Source: Octopus bimaculoides
Taxonomy: Eukaryota
Assembly: GCF_001194135.2 (NCBI RefSeq)
Contig: NC_068987.1
Span: forward strand, 16,041,021-16,105,020
Reading direction: 5' to 3'
DNA length: 64,000 bases
Part shown: positions 28,644 through 39,708 of the stretch, piece after piece
Numbering within the stretch: position 1 is the first letter of the stretch
Layout of the letters: each line of letters starts with the position of its first letter
Made by a program: the position numbers and the translations under genes
Notes under the pieces: generated by a model
Database searches by the model: none
Seen by the model: the letters and a program-made list of their open reading frames with translations, nothing else
Told to the model about the DNA's origin: nothing

Positions 28644-29316
28644 ATTAATTTTTTTCAACCCCAGTTGACTCCTATGAATGTTTGTATTATACATCTGCTT
28701 TTCAGCTGTTCTCTAGAAATAGAGCTAAATTTACTAAATGTGTGTCTTTTGTATTAATAATGTGTGTGTGTGCATGAATGTTTATTAATGTTCAGCAAGA
28801 GGAAAATGATGGAAGGTATTCTGCTCTTACTGAGTGTTGTAAGTGAATGCAGTTCTGATTTTGTTGTTATCAAGCTGATGTTTGGAGTATAGATTAACAT
28901 GAAACTTCAATGGAAATTTTAATTTCTATCACTTTGAAAACAGAAAGTTTGTATTATAGAACCAAAGGTGGTCTCAGACAGGTTTGTATCAAAAGGGTTT
29001 ATATGAAGTGGATTAGATGACTGTATATGATATTTGAATTAGGAAATGAGGTTTACATCTTGTTGGAAATATTTTACTGTATGTTCTAGTAGAAAATACT
29101 TCTGCGGAGAAGACTTGTTTTATCTACAGAAATGATTTCTTTCCCACAAGTCTAATGTTACAAGAACCCAAGGTAAATGCTGACCATTTGTGGTACTGTA
29201 ATTTGTAATAAGACTAATAACCACTGTCACAACTTTTTGAATAATTATTATATTTACTAATTATATTTGCAGCTACCATGTGATTAATGTTTTCTCTTCT
29301 TTTGTTCTCATTGCAG

Positions 29317-29690
29317 ATGAAAAACTTAATAAATTTCCTGAAAAAGTCAACTGTAGTAGTGGTACTGGTCATCGTAGCATGTCGTTATCATCTTCATTAT
29401 CATCCTCTTCCTCATCTTCATTATCATCGTCCTTGTCCGTCACTTCTAATCATGTGAACTCCCTGGCAGACAGCAAGACCACTGTTGCTGGCACAACGAT
29501 TATCAACAGCTGCACAACATCCCCTGCTGCTGCTGCTGCTGCTGCTATGGCAGCCACCGGTGCAGGGAGTAGCCACCGGCATGCCACTCGGGCTTCCCTT
29601 GTTGGAGGTGGCCACTCTTTGCAGGGTGTGCTAAGGCCACAGCAGACAATGAAAGAGATCTTGGCCAGTGTTCCTGGTGTCAGTAAAAAG
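29317..29690 (+). CDS. Asx: Asx/ASXL exon ending TMKEILASVPGVSKK (phase 1 to 0)
   Basis: Acceptor ttctcattgcag|; donor AAG|GTAAGA. The C-terminal motif resembles the Drosophila Asx TMREVLASIPGFS segment just before the ASXH domain (recalled sequence). Confidence 0.85.
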
Positions 29691-30811
29691 GTAAGATACT
29701 GCATAAATAAATATACTCTTTTTCCTAAGCTCAAGTATTAGTTTAACTGGGAGGTTTCTGGATCATCATTGCCATCCTCTTCCTCCTCATCATCATCATC
29801 ATTTAACATCTGTCCTCCATACTGGTTTGACTGGATCTGATGCATTGGAGGACTGTGTTGTTCTCCAGTCCAATGTCTACTTTAGCATGGTTTCTACAGC
29901 TGTATGCCCATCCTAACACCACCCTCCTTACAGCATGTACTGAGTGTTCTTTTCATAGCACCAGCACTAGTTAGGTCACCATGTAACTAGCATGAGCAGA
30001 AGTGTGGTTGAAAGGAATGCCTTTATGCTAGGTTCTCAGAGGTTAAAGTACAAAAGAAGGGACAGAAGTAGTCTTCTTGTTGTAGAGGAAGTAGATCACT
30101 GCCTCACATTATGTAAGTGCAGGCAGAGGCAATCGAGGTGGAAATTGCTAAAAACAACAGCTAAATATACATTTTTTCTTTCTTTTGCAAACAATTCTCT
30201 CGTATTTAATTAAATGTTGCCTATTTTATCTTTAGGACGAAACTAGCTTAGTCAGATTTGATTTAGAAAGCAAACCAAACAATTAGGTTAAACAATGTCA
30301 AACATTTGAAATTCCTCTTTAAAAAAACATAAAAACTGAGTGCTTGAGCACCGATGGAAACTTCAGTCCTGGATGGCTTAATTTGATTACTGTTGTGGTC
30401 AAGTTGGCATTGAAATCAGTAATCGATAATGTACTGTTCTATGTGGTCAGTAAATAGACCAGTTCTGATTTATTGGATCACTGCCAATATTTGAATTGTC
30501 TACAGCGATGATCAGAGGAGGTCTCCTTGATCAGAGCTGACGTAGCCATTGTAACTGTGGCAGCAACGTCATTACACAGTACAGCCAAATTGTATTTTTG
30601 GCAATACTTTTATTTTGTATTGCAGAAAACATATTTTAGGAAATTTTAAATTCTATCAGAGGTCTTTATCAAGTTATAAACATAAAGGCAAGATAGCATT
30701 AAACAGGATATAACCGCTGTATAATCGACTGACTGTTGTTTGCTACACATGAAGGCTTGACATCACTGAGATTATGTTGGTGATGTCATGTTTTCGGATC
30801 TTTTTTAAAAC

Positions 30812-31215
30812 GGGGGCCACATTTTTCATTAACGAAACACTTTGAAACTTGGAACACTGGTAGAATGTGTCATATAAAACATCTTTTTCTCTTAGTCTTC
30901 TTTAAAAAAAAAGAAATCCCTAAGTTATTCCATGTTAAAGTTGTCGTATTTCTGTAATTTCAACCAATCACTGACGTCCATTCAGCCGATATACATTAAG
31001 TGCCGACTACATAAACAAACGATTCTGAAACAATTCTATCGGTGATAGGGTTAGGGTTAGGGTAAAACAGCAAATTTAAAAAGAAAAAAGCAAATAAAGC
31101 GAAGAAATGAAAAAAGCAAATTTAAAATGAAAAAAGCAAATAAAACAAAGCTATGGCTTAATCAGCCAAAGGAGTAAATGTAAACAACTGAATACTTGTC
31201 AGTGATTGGTTGAAA
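30812..31215 (+). repeat. Same unclassified repeat (copy 2) with TTAGGG units and an internal inverted repeat
   Basis: ATAGGG(TTAGGG)2 at 31045-31062; TTTCAACCAATCACTGAC (about 30958-30976) is repeated inverted at about 31198-31215. Confidence 0.75.
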
Positions 31216-31586
31216 AAGCACCATTTGAGCGTGATCGTTACCAGTGTTGCCTCACTGACATATTTGTGCTGGTGGCACATGAAAAAACATTCGAGCGAGG
31301 TTGTTGCCAGTGCCGCTGGACTGGCTCCTGTGCAGGTGGCACATAAAAAACACCATTTGAGCATGGCTGTTGCCAGTACCGCCTGACTGGCCCTTGCGCC
31401 AGTGACATGTAAAAGCACCCACTACATTCTCGGAGTGGTTGGCGTTAGGAAGGGCGTCCAGCTGTAGAAACTCTGCCAAATCAGATTGGAGCCTGGTGTA
31501 GCCATCTGGTTTCACCAGTCCTCAGTCAAATCGTCCAACCCATGCTAGCATGGAAAGCGGACGTTAAACGACGATGATGATGATGA
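31216..31586 (+). mobile_element. RTE-family 3' UTR copy with about three repeat units
   Basis: Same units and terminal segment as 28258-28643. Confidence 0.85.
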
Positions 31587-32369
31587 GGAAAGGCCTATTC
31601 AAGTCTTACAAAATCACACTGTTCATCATTATTGTCATCTTATCATCTCAATCATCAGGCAGCTTTTGTGCAGTTTTTATTCTCTGCCAGTGTGTTAAAT
31701 CATCCCGTTATATGCACCTTGTGCACTTACCTTAAACTAGAAAGCTAAGTTCACTTTGTAGAATACAAAGAAAATACCAGATTTTTAGGTTAAAAAAAAA
31801 AGTTAGGGTGACTTTGATTCCTCTTCTCCAGAGATTTGAATAGCTCCATGAGTTACATATTTTCCTTCTTGACGATTTACCAGTACCCACTTCAGCAACA
31901 TCTTCAACCGTAGACACTTGTCATGTGTGTGAAGTTAGTTCAATATCTCATACAAACTTTCCCAAACCACTAAGTTCTCTAACAGCCACACAGTTGTCTT
32001 CTCAGTAACTTTCAGTTTGAATGACACCTGTATAATTGTTTTTCTGGGAAGCATATTTTCATGAAATAACAAATTTAAGGCCAAAACTACGCAACTATAT
32101 TCTGCAAGTGTTACAAGGGAACTAGAATTAAGAGCTCACCTGTCTAGTGAGTCAATGATTCAACTTTGACCTGACCTTTATACTGTCTTCCTGATCTCTG
32201 TAGCTGATAGAAAGAGTGAAGCAGCAAGATTTGGAAATTATAACATCACTGCATTGAGAAGGATTGCTTATCATTTAACTAGCTATACTGGTCACACTGC
32301 TTCATGTTTGTTTATTATTATAAACCATAGGCTGATGAAGGGTTGTGTACTGTTTATTGTGTGCATATA

Positions 32370-32690
32370 TCAATGACTGATGCATCTGGGCACATCTTCA
32401 GTGATGTGCCTGGTATCATCAGGTGTTTCAGATCTTTCAACATCATACACCTCCCTCCAGGTGACCCAGATGGGGCTGATCAAACCCCCAGCTTGTGTCC
32501 AGATGGCCAACTAGCTACCCCATGGCTCTCCTCTTTTTGATTCACAGCCATCTTAAGGCCCTCTCTACCGCATTGGTGGTACTGTGGATGGCCTTCCTCC
32601 TTCTCACTCCCTCGATGCCCAAACTGCTGAAGGTTCTGGTCAGGGAATGGGCTGCGAAACCCCTGCATCCAACCTCCACTGAACATCCAA
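32370..32690 (-). mobile_element. 3' end of a HERO-like (R2 superfamily, restriction-like endonuclease) non-LTR retrotransposon
   Basis: Minus frame not in the ORF track: CSVEVGCRGFAAHSLTRTFSSLGIEGVRRRKAIHSTTNAVERALRWL*IKKR, followed by a 3' UTR ending in an ACATC-ACTGAA-GATGT hairpin. Confidence 0.7.
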
Positions 32691-33039
32691 TTGTTCAGAA
32701 ATGTGGTAATTAGAAATGGTGTGTCCACTAATTGCAGTTATTTGGATAATGGATGTGATGAATCCAGCCACCTAATGTTTTCGTGAACTGTGCATCAAAA
32801 TATATCAAAGAGGAAAATTTATTTTCTCATTGTAACATTTTATACATAAAACAATCTTTTTTTTTTTTCCTGCAAAAAATGTAAGGTCAATTACCTCGTT
32901 TGCAAGAAGTACATTAAAAGATAGTTAATCTAGCAGTCCAGGGGAACTAACTCTTAGCAAATTATTTTGTAGATTTCTATCCGTTATTTTGTTGTTCGTA
33001 TATTTTAGTACTACAGTTGATCTCTTTTATTTGTTGTAG

Positions 33040-33153
33040 CCCCGAAAGAGAACCAACAAGAAGTTGAGTCCTGCTGCCCAGCTGGAACAAACAAAAGAAG
33101 GATGTGTTGACTTGGAGACACCTGACTCCATTCTTGTGAACACTAACTTAAGA
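33040..33153 (+). CDS. Asx: Asx DEUBAD exon: PRKRTNKKLSPAAQLEQTKEGCVDLETPDSILVNTNLR
   Basis: tag| acceptor, AGA|GTGAGT donor, 114 nt. DLETPDSILVNTNLR is the hallmark start of the ASXH/DEUBAD domain. Confidence 0.95.
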
Positions 33154-33745
33154 GTGAGTTTATTTCTTTGTCTTTTCTTTTATTTGTTTCAGTCCTACTC
33201 AAACGGTTTTGGTTGGAGAGGTCAACTCCGGTGCTTATTTCCTGTAGACTAACCTACTGTACATATAATTATCATGTTTACTTCAACAACAACAAATAAA
33301 TTAAAGTGTGTCTTATTCAGGCAAGTTAAGGTGACGAGCTGCTGGCTGAATCAATAGTGGATCAAACAAAAAATGCTTTCCAGCTCTTTATGTTCTGAGT
33401 TAAAATCCCACCAAAGTTCACTTTGACTTTCATCTTTTTGAAGTGAATAGAATAATAACAATTTAACATGGATTGATGTAATTGACCACCCCTTCTCTCT
33501 AGGTTTGTCCTTGTGCCAAAATTTTAAACCATTATTCAAGCACAAAATGTCAAAAAATACAGAATTGGCTTCAAAGATATGAAATAACATTTCCGTTCCA
33601 AGTTGTCATATATGTATTGGACAACTCTACGGAAAAGATTTCTCTCTATTTTCATCAGTTTATTTATGATTGGTATATGAATACTATTTCATAACTTCTT
33701 TTTTTTTATGTCTATCTCAGCTTTAGGTTTCACCCTCATCTTTCA

Positions 33746-33973
33746 CCCTTTAGCTTTCAGATTAGTCTGTCGAATGTAATGTTAATTTATTCAAATTGGT
33801 TTGAATTAATCATGCAGTATCCATGCAGCTTCAAAAATTTCAATGATGTGAATGTATATATTTTTATGAAGACATTGCATGGTAGATGAAAACAGCCAAA
33901 TCTGGTCAGTTTGAACATAAAACATGTAGAATGTTTGGGCCTCATATGGCCAGTTTAAATACTAAAGGGTTAA
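33746..33973. mobile_element. piggyBac-like MITE
   Basis: CCCTTTAG left end and CTAAAGGG-TTAA right end; the left TTAA is degraded. Confidence 0.4.
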
Positions 33974-34245
33974 ATAAAGATCCCTTCCCCATATTTGAAG
34001 TCCTAGCCCAAAGAGGCCATATCACTTGAAGATAATCTGAGCATCACCATTAATAAATTGCTCAGTCAAATGATCTTTTCATAACTGTACACAAGTATAT
34101 AGACTCAGTAACAAGATATTGTTTTCTTTCTTCTAATATATATGTTATCCATTTTACACCAGTGGGATATACAATAATCTGTTTCGTATACATTAAACCA
34201 ATCAGGATCACTGTTTTACAAGATACTTTTTAATTGTCTTTTCAG

Positions 34246-34346
34246 GCATTAATTAATAAGCACACATTCCAGCTTCTTCCAGCAGATTACCAGTATCGGT
34301 TGATTCAGCTTTTACCTGAGTGTGACCGGTTGGTTGAAGGGTCCAG
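34246..34346 (+). CDS. Asx: Asx DEUBAD exon: [34 protein letters not shown]
   Basis: ttttcag| acceptor, CAG|GTAAGA donor; continues the ALIN..TF..LP...Q..L..LLP..DR consensus. Confidence 0.95.
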
Positions 34347-34466
34347 GTAAGAAATAATAGTTTTTTGTTTTTTTATGTGCTTTGTTTAAACTAAGATAAC
34401 AATTTAGGAGACATAGCCAAGCTGCACTGATGACAACTGACAGTAAAACAAAGTGACAGTTTAGAG

Positions 34467-34798
34467 CAATGGTTCTCAACTTGCGGTCTATTTGAGATTT
34501 GGGGTGGGGGGGATCCATGCATGCAAAATAGTAAATTGGATACACACAGTAATATATTAAGGGTCCATGAAAGAATTTTGACTTAGATGTATTATTTATT
34601 GGGAGAAACAACTGAGTTTCTTTCTCTGATGCTTTACATAGTTCAACCTACACAAGTTAATGTGTGATGACCAAAATAGGAATTTGAAAAGAAGTATGTA
34701 TAAAACCAGGTTTTAAACATCAAGAGGCTATGGGGGGTCCACCACACTAAAATCGTAATGAAAGGGATCCCTAGGTAAAAAGTGGTTGAGAAATACTG
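34467..34798. mobile_element. hAT (Charlie-like) MITE
   Basis: TIRs CAATGGTTCTCAAC / GTTGAGAAATACTG; flanking 8-mers GTTTAGAG and ATTTAGAA (6/8 match) fit a decayed 8-bp TSD. Confidence 0.7.
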
Positions 34799-35144
34799 AT
34801 TTAGAAGAACTGTTAATTTGTTTGGCAATTGTGTTAACTGGTTCTTATAAGATACATTGTCTCTTTTAGCTGTTTAAAGTTTTTAGTAGAAGACTCCACC
34901 AAGGAATTTTTCGAAAATGGTAACTTTATTTCAGTGATAAGAGTATTTGTTTTTGGCTACACTGGCATAGGTTTGATGGATACTTGTCCAAAGCAGTGTG
35001 TTTCTAGTATGCATTAGATTGCAATTATAATTTTTCTACTTCTGTGGAAGAGAAGAATGCTATTGCCAAGGGAGATAATTAACTTTAAAGCCATTTGTTT
35101 GTTGGAAGAAATTTTCTATGCCTCTATCTTTTTCTTTTATACAG

Positions 35145-35218
35145 AATGAGTACAACTGCTTTAAATAATGAGTTCTTTTCCAAAGCCTGTCAAGAATGGA
35201 AAGAAAGATTGGCAGAAG
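35145..35218 (+). CDS. Asx: Asx DEUBAD exon: MSTTALNNEFFSKACQEWKERLAEG (NEF motif)
   Basis: tatacag| acceptor, AAG|GTAATA donor; ALNNEFF and W.ERLA.G match ASXL DEUBAD. Confidence 0.95.
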
Positions 35219-35682
35219 GTAATATTTATAAGTCGTTTTACTCTTGCTTCTATTGTTTTGGGACAAGGAGTTTTTTTAAAAAAATACTATATCTGTATGT
35301 AAAGCACATTTGCATATAATGTGCATTCATGAAATAAAACTATCTCATGTACTGTTCCCTCTATACTGTGTGCATGCGGAGGCATATAGTTTTTGCAACC
35401 AGTGCACCAAAAAAAAAAAAATTCATGTACACAAAAGTTTGTCTAAAATAATGACTGAATTAATAATTATATTTATATATTCAATGCATAGTGCAAAACT
35501 TTTGTACATGCAAATATTAGAGGCAACACCGTTCTTATGTATAATGTACACTGACTTTTCTTTAATATTAGGATATATGGGGAAAAGACTGAATAGATTT
35601 GTTTTATAACTGCTGTATAAAATAATTGAAAATATTTACATATAAACGAAACAAAAAGAAAATTTGAAAGTGACCTTCAAAC

Positions 35683-36179
35683 TACAGTAAGCACTCGCCA
35701 TATTGCAGCTCACCTATTGCTCCCTCAGTACATCACAGACTTTTCTGGTTAATTTATGTAAATTTATATCACGGACTCCTCAATATATCTTGGATTTCTG
35801 CAGCCGATATATATTTATATTTTTTAAAATTTTAATTATTTCTGTGGTAAAATAAGCATTTTCACACCTAAAAATTAATAAATTAATAATTAAAAATGCA
35901 GTAAAGTACTGCACTGTATAACACATTAATTAAAATATATTAAGAGAAAATACATAGTGTACCATAAATGAGTAAATAAAAAATTGCACATACTGTATGG
36001 AAAACGAAATTTGGGAGGTGAGAGTGTGTTGCTTTGCATTTATGATAAAGTAAATATATACAAATTATAAAAATAATTTTAAAAATATACAGTACAGTAC
36101 TGTTTCTACTTAGTGGATTTTCACCTATCACGGGGTGGTTTTGGAATGTAATACCTGTGATAGTCGAGGTATTATTGTA
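35683..36179. mobile_element. Tigger/pogo-like MITE
   Basis: TA-CAGTAAGCACTCGCCATAT left end and GATAGTCGAGGTATTATTG-TA right end; AT-rich interior with no ORF. Confidence 0.55.
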
Positions 36180-36730
36180 TACTAGTATAGCTTGCAAAAA
36201 GTATTTGCTGTGTAGTCTACATCAGGTAAATCACAAATGTTTTTTCATGGAAAATAAAAGTGCCTAAAATAAATGCAGAATATATTAATATTGAGAATGT
36301 TGTATGTAATTTAAAAAAAATTCTGGGTATAAAGAATTTGATTGATTGTTGGAGCATGTATTTTTACATTGAAATGTTCTCCTTATTTACTGACCAATTA
36401 GCATCAACTCTGTTTTTGTTATTGACAGGAATCATTTGATATTTAAACAGAATTAACATTATTCAAAAATTAAGAAATTTGTGTACAAACAATTAAATTA
36501 CTTTTAAATTGATTTCTTCTGTAGGCATAAAGCCAAAAATTTGAAAGGAAACAGACTGAGACTGGCCTTGTTGACTGTCTTAGCATAAATAGTATAAATG
36601 AAATGATTAGTAATCTAAAGCAGCTCACCAGAAGATCGTCCCCCTTTTTTTTTTTTTTTTTTTTACTTACATGAAGCTGGCATTACATTACTATATTCAT
36701 TTTTCACCATTTTCTTATCCTAATTTGCAG

Positions 36731-36807
36731 GAGAATTTACACCTGAAAACCAACAACGCTTGAAGCAAGAAGAAGAGAAAGAACAGACGAAGATGGATCC
36801 TTGGAAG
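36731..36807 (+). CDS. Asx: Asx DEUBAD exon: EFTPENQQRLKQEEEKEQTKMDPWK
   Basis: ttgcag| acceptor, AAG|GTAAGT donor; the GEFT.E.Q.R.KQE.EKE...WK consensus is met. Confidence 0.95.
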
Positions 36808-37696
36808 GTAAGTTATTATTAATATTATTAATAAGATGACTGATGGTGTTATTGATGGTATAATACAATTTGTTTACAACGATACAATATTCTGTAACTA
36901 TTTCATGATAAGTGAGAACTGTTTAAAAATCTCCTTGTTCTTTTTATAAATCTGGTGGTTGCTTGTAGAGCTGTCTGTGATTGAACAGATTAGCACTGCA
37001 ACTTTTTCACATCTTGGGAGTTACCGAGTCTAACAGAAACCTCTTTTGGATGAGGCACCCTGTACTCTTAGTAATTTTTTTTTAGCATTTCAGGCATAGA
37101 TTTTATGAAGGATTATGCTTCCACTAAATTTCAGTTTCTTGGAACATAGAAGGAGTATAATAATGGTTAAAATTTCCTAATGATTTAAGCATTTGTACAG
37201 TGGTTAGATAAATGTGTATTTTACCATGAGTTCACAAATGTCAAGTTTGTCGTTATCTGAGTGTAACACATCATTTTATTGTTGGTGTTGTGCATATTGG
37301 CACAAAGATACAGAAGTGTATGGATCTTTTGAATAACAAATTTCCCAGAATACTATTGGTCCCAATTTTATTCATAATAATGGGATAAGTGAGTGTTGTT
37401 GATGTTCACCGTATCTTAATACTTTTAATACCAAAACCCACATAAGACTGTCCCTGGGTCTACAATACAAACGTCTTGTTTTAAAGTGATCTAAATGAAA
37501 ATATTCATTCAAAATCTCATGTTAATTTGTTCCAAACATCAGCTTTGCGATAAAAATGTTATTTTACTGAATTCCTTCATTATCTTTAAAATGAATTGAA
37601 ACAAAAGCAGTGTAATTTCAACAAAAATTTGGTAACAAAAGAGTTAAAAGAGTATAACTAAATACCGCAAACCATTTGCAGAGGAATCTGTAGTGG

Positions 37697-37771
37697 GGGA
37701 GTTTAGCTCAATCGATCAGAGCATCGTGACGCGTAATCACGGAGATGCGAGTTCGAGTCCACAGCTAACCA
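37697..37771 (+). pseudogene. Decayed tRNA-like sequence, anticodon position CGT (Thr)
   Basis: D arm GCTC/GAGC, anticodon stem CGTGA/TCACG with a 7-nt loop and GTTCGAGT are intact. The acceptor and T stems mostly mismatch and position 33 is G. Confidence 0.6.
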
Positions 37772-38249
37772 CCTACACTTTTTTCTGCAAAATAGGGGTA
37801 GTTTATCCTGTTCAGGCTATATTATTAGCATTATCTTGCGATTGAGAATTTAAAAAACCACTTCTTTAACTTTCTAAGACATCTCAACTCTTCTAAAAGC
37901 AAACTTTGTTTGTTTGTTTACGTTTGTCGTAATTTGAATTTAACATATGATACATTACAATTTCTGCTATTTCTCAACTCATTTATTGCATAACAAAATC
38001 AATTGTTGACCTTTCTGGTGGGCAGATTTTAAACTTGTAATTATAGCAACATGACATAATTTTCTAACTGTAAATCCTATTGTAAGCAACTTTAAAGTGA
38101 GAAAATGAGAAGGAAAAAATGAACTTGAGCGAAAATTTATTTTTCATTGATTTTTGCCTCAGAAATACTGCTTGTTGCTGTCTTGTTAAAATACTTTCAT
38201 CTACTTAAGATTTTAATAATTCTCATGATCTCTTTGTTTTTCTTTTCAG

Positions 38250-38281
38250 ATGAAGCATTTTGAACAGGTGTGGGGGCAGAG
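38250..38281 (+). CDS. Asx: Asx 32-nt exon: MKHFEQVWGQR (end of DEUBAD)
   Basis: ttttcttttcag| acceptor, AG|GTGAGT donor; aligns with the ASXL EKFFEDYYGQK segment; needed to bridge phase 0 to phase 2. Confidence 0.9.
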
Positions 38282-39017
38282 GTGAGTTTGTCATTTTACC
38301 AACTACTACTTGAGTAGGGCGGCCTAATTAAATTATTGTATATAATTAGAAATAATAGGATCCAGTTATTCCATATACCATATTGTAAAAGTAATGTGGT
38401 AAAAATGTATAACATCATTCTCATAACACAGTTGGCTCGGGTTCAATTCCCAGCATGGGAACTTGTTATTCATCCCCATACCTTAGCAGTTCATCTGTGG
38501 CTCAACCCTAATCTTCAACCTATGCACTTTTTTGAATATTGTTACTTCAGCAACCCTTTGGAAAACCCTATTTTGGCTGCTTGTACTCAATTGGTTACTA
38601 CCCAAGATTAATTACCATAGGCAGGGGTTTGGCATGCAAACTGAAGACGGTGAAGTTAGCCTTTTCATCTACCTCATCTCTTCTGATGACTGAGTGCTCA
38701 GACTAGCACATTACTGCACCAGTGCCAGCAAAGTCATCACCATTTCAACATCCATTTTTCCATGCTTGTTTGGCTTTGATTGGAATTTATTTAGACAGAT
38801 TTTCTACGGTCCGATGCCCTTCCTGTCACCAACCCTCGCTCGTTTCCAAACAAGGTAATATTTCACCATGACCAGACATGTTCTTGAAGAATATTCGAAA
38901 TGAATGACACTCCTTGTATGACAGTGAGAGTCACTTACAATTATCATGCAGTGTCAAAGCAATAAGACACAAACATACACATTCATGCACGCACACACAA
39001 ACACACATCTCTCTCTT

Positions 39018-39222
39018 TACTCTTTTACTTGTTTCAGTCATTTGACTGTGGCCATGCTGGAGCACCGCCTTTAGTCGAGCAAATCGACCCCAGGACTTAT
39101 TCTTTGGAAGCCTAGTACTTATTCTATCGGTCTCTTTTGCCTAACCGCTAAGTTACGGGAACGTAAACACACCAGCATCGGTTGTCAAGCGATGTTGGGG
39201 GAACAAACACAGACATGCAAAC

Positions 39223-39255
<33 letters not shown>

Positions 39256-39416
39256 CGATGGGCTTCTTTCAGTTTCCTTCTATCAAATCCACTCACAGGG
39301 CTTTGGTCGGTCCGAGGCTCTAGTAGAAGACACTTGCCCAAGGAGCCACGCAGTAGGACTGAACCCGGAACCATGTGGTTGGTAAGCAAGCTACTTACCA
39401 CACAGCCACTCCTACA
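39018..39416 (-). mobile_element. Full-length family A SINE
   Basis: Reverse complement of 5991-6165 plus 6380-6589. Head-only copies also lie near 1-80, 3320-3430, 18846-18960, 21070-21330, 26570-26730, 46000-46110, 57720-57870, 60045-60190 and 63365-63520. Confidence 0.85.
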
Positions 39417-39708
39417 TGTGTATTATGAGCTTCTATTGGCTTTCATCAGTCCAGCCTATCGTGGAAGGCCCTTGTCCAAAGTGCCATGTAGTGGAACTGA
39501 ACCTGAAACCATGTAGTTGGAAAGTAAACTTCTTATTCATAGAACCATGCCTGCGCCTTTGAAAGTTATGCATTTCTAAAATTAAACACATAAAATAAAA
39601 TAACTTTAGATGCAGTTGAAGCTTGTTACTTTTTTTTTTTTTTTTAAATATTTAATTGTGATTTTTGTATATCCAAAAATCTGAAATGTTTTTCTTTCTT
39701 ATTTTCAG

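Noticed and set aside
37697-37771. Functional tRNA gene
   Set aside because: Acceptor and T stems are mostly unpaired and U33 is missing; kept only as a pseudogene.
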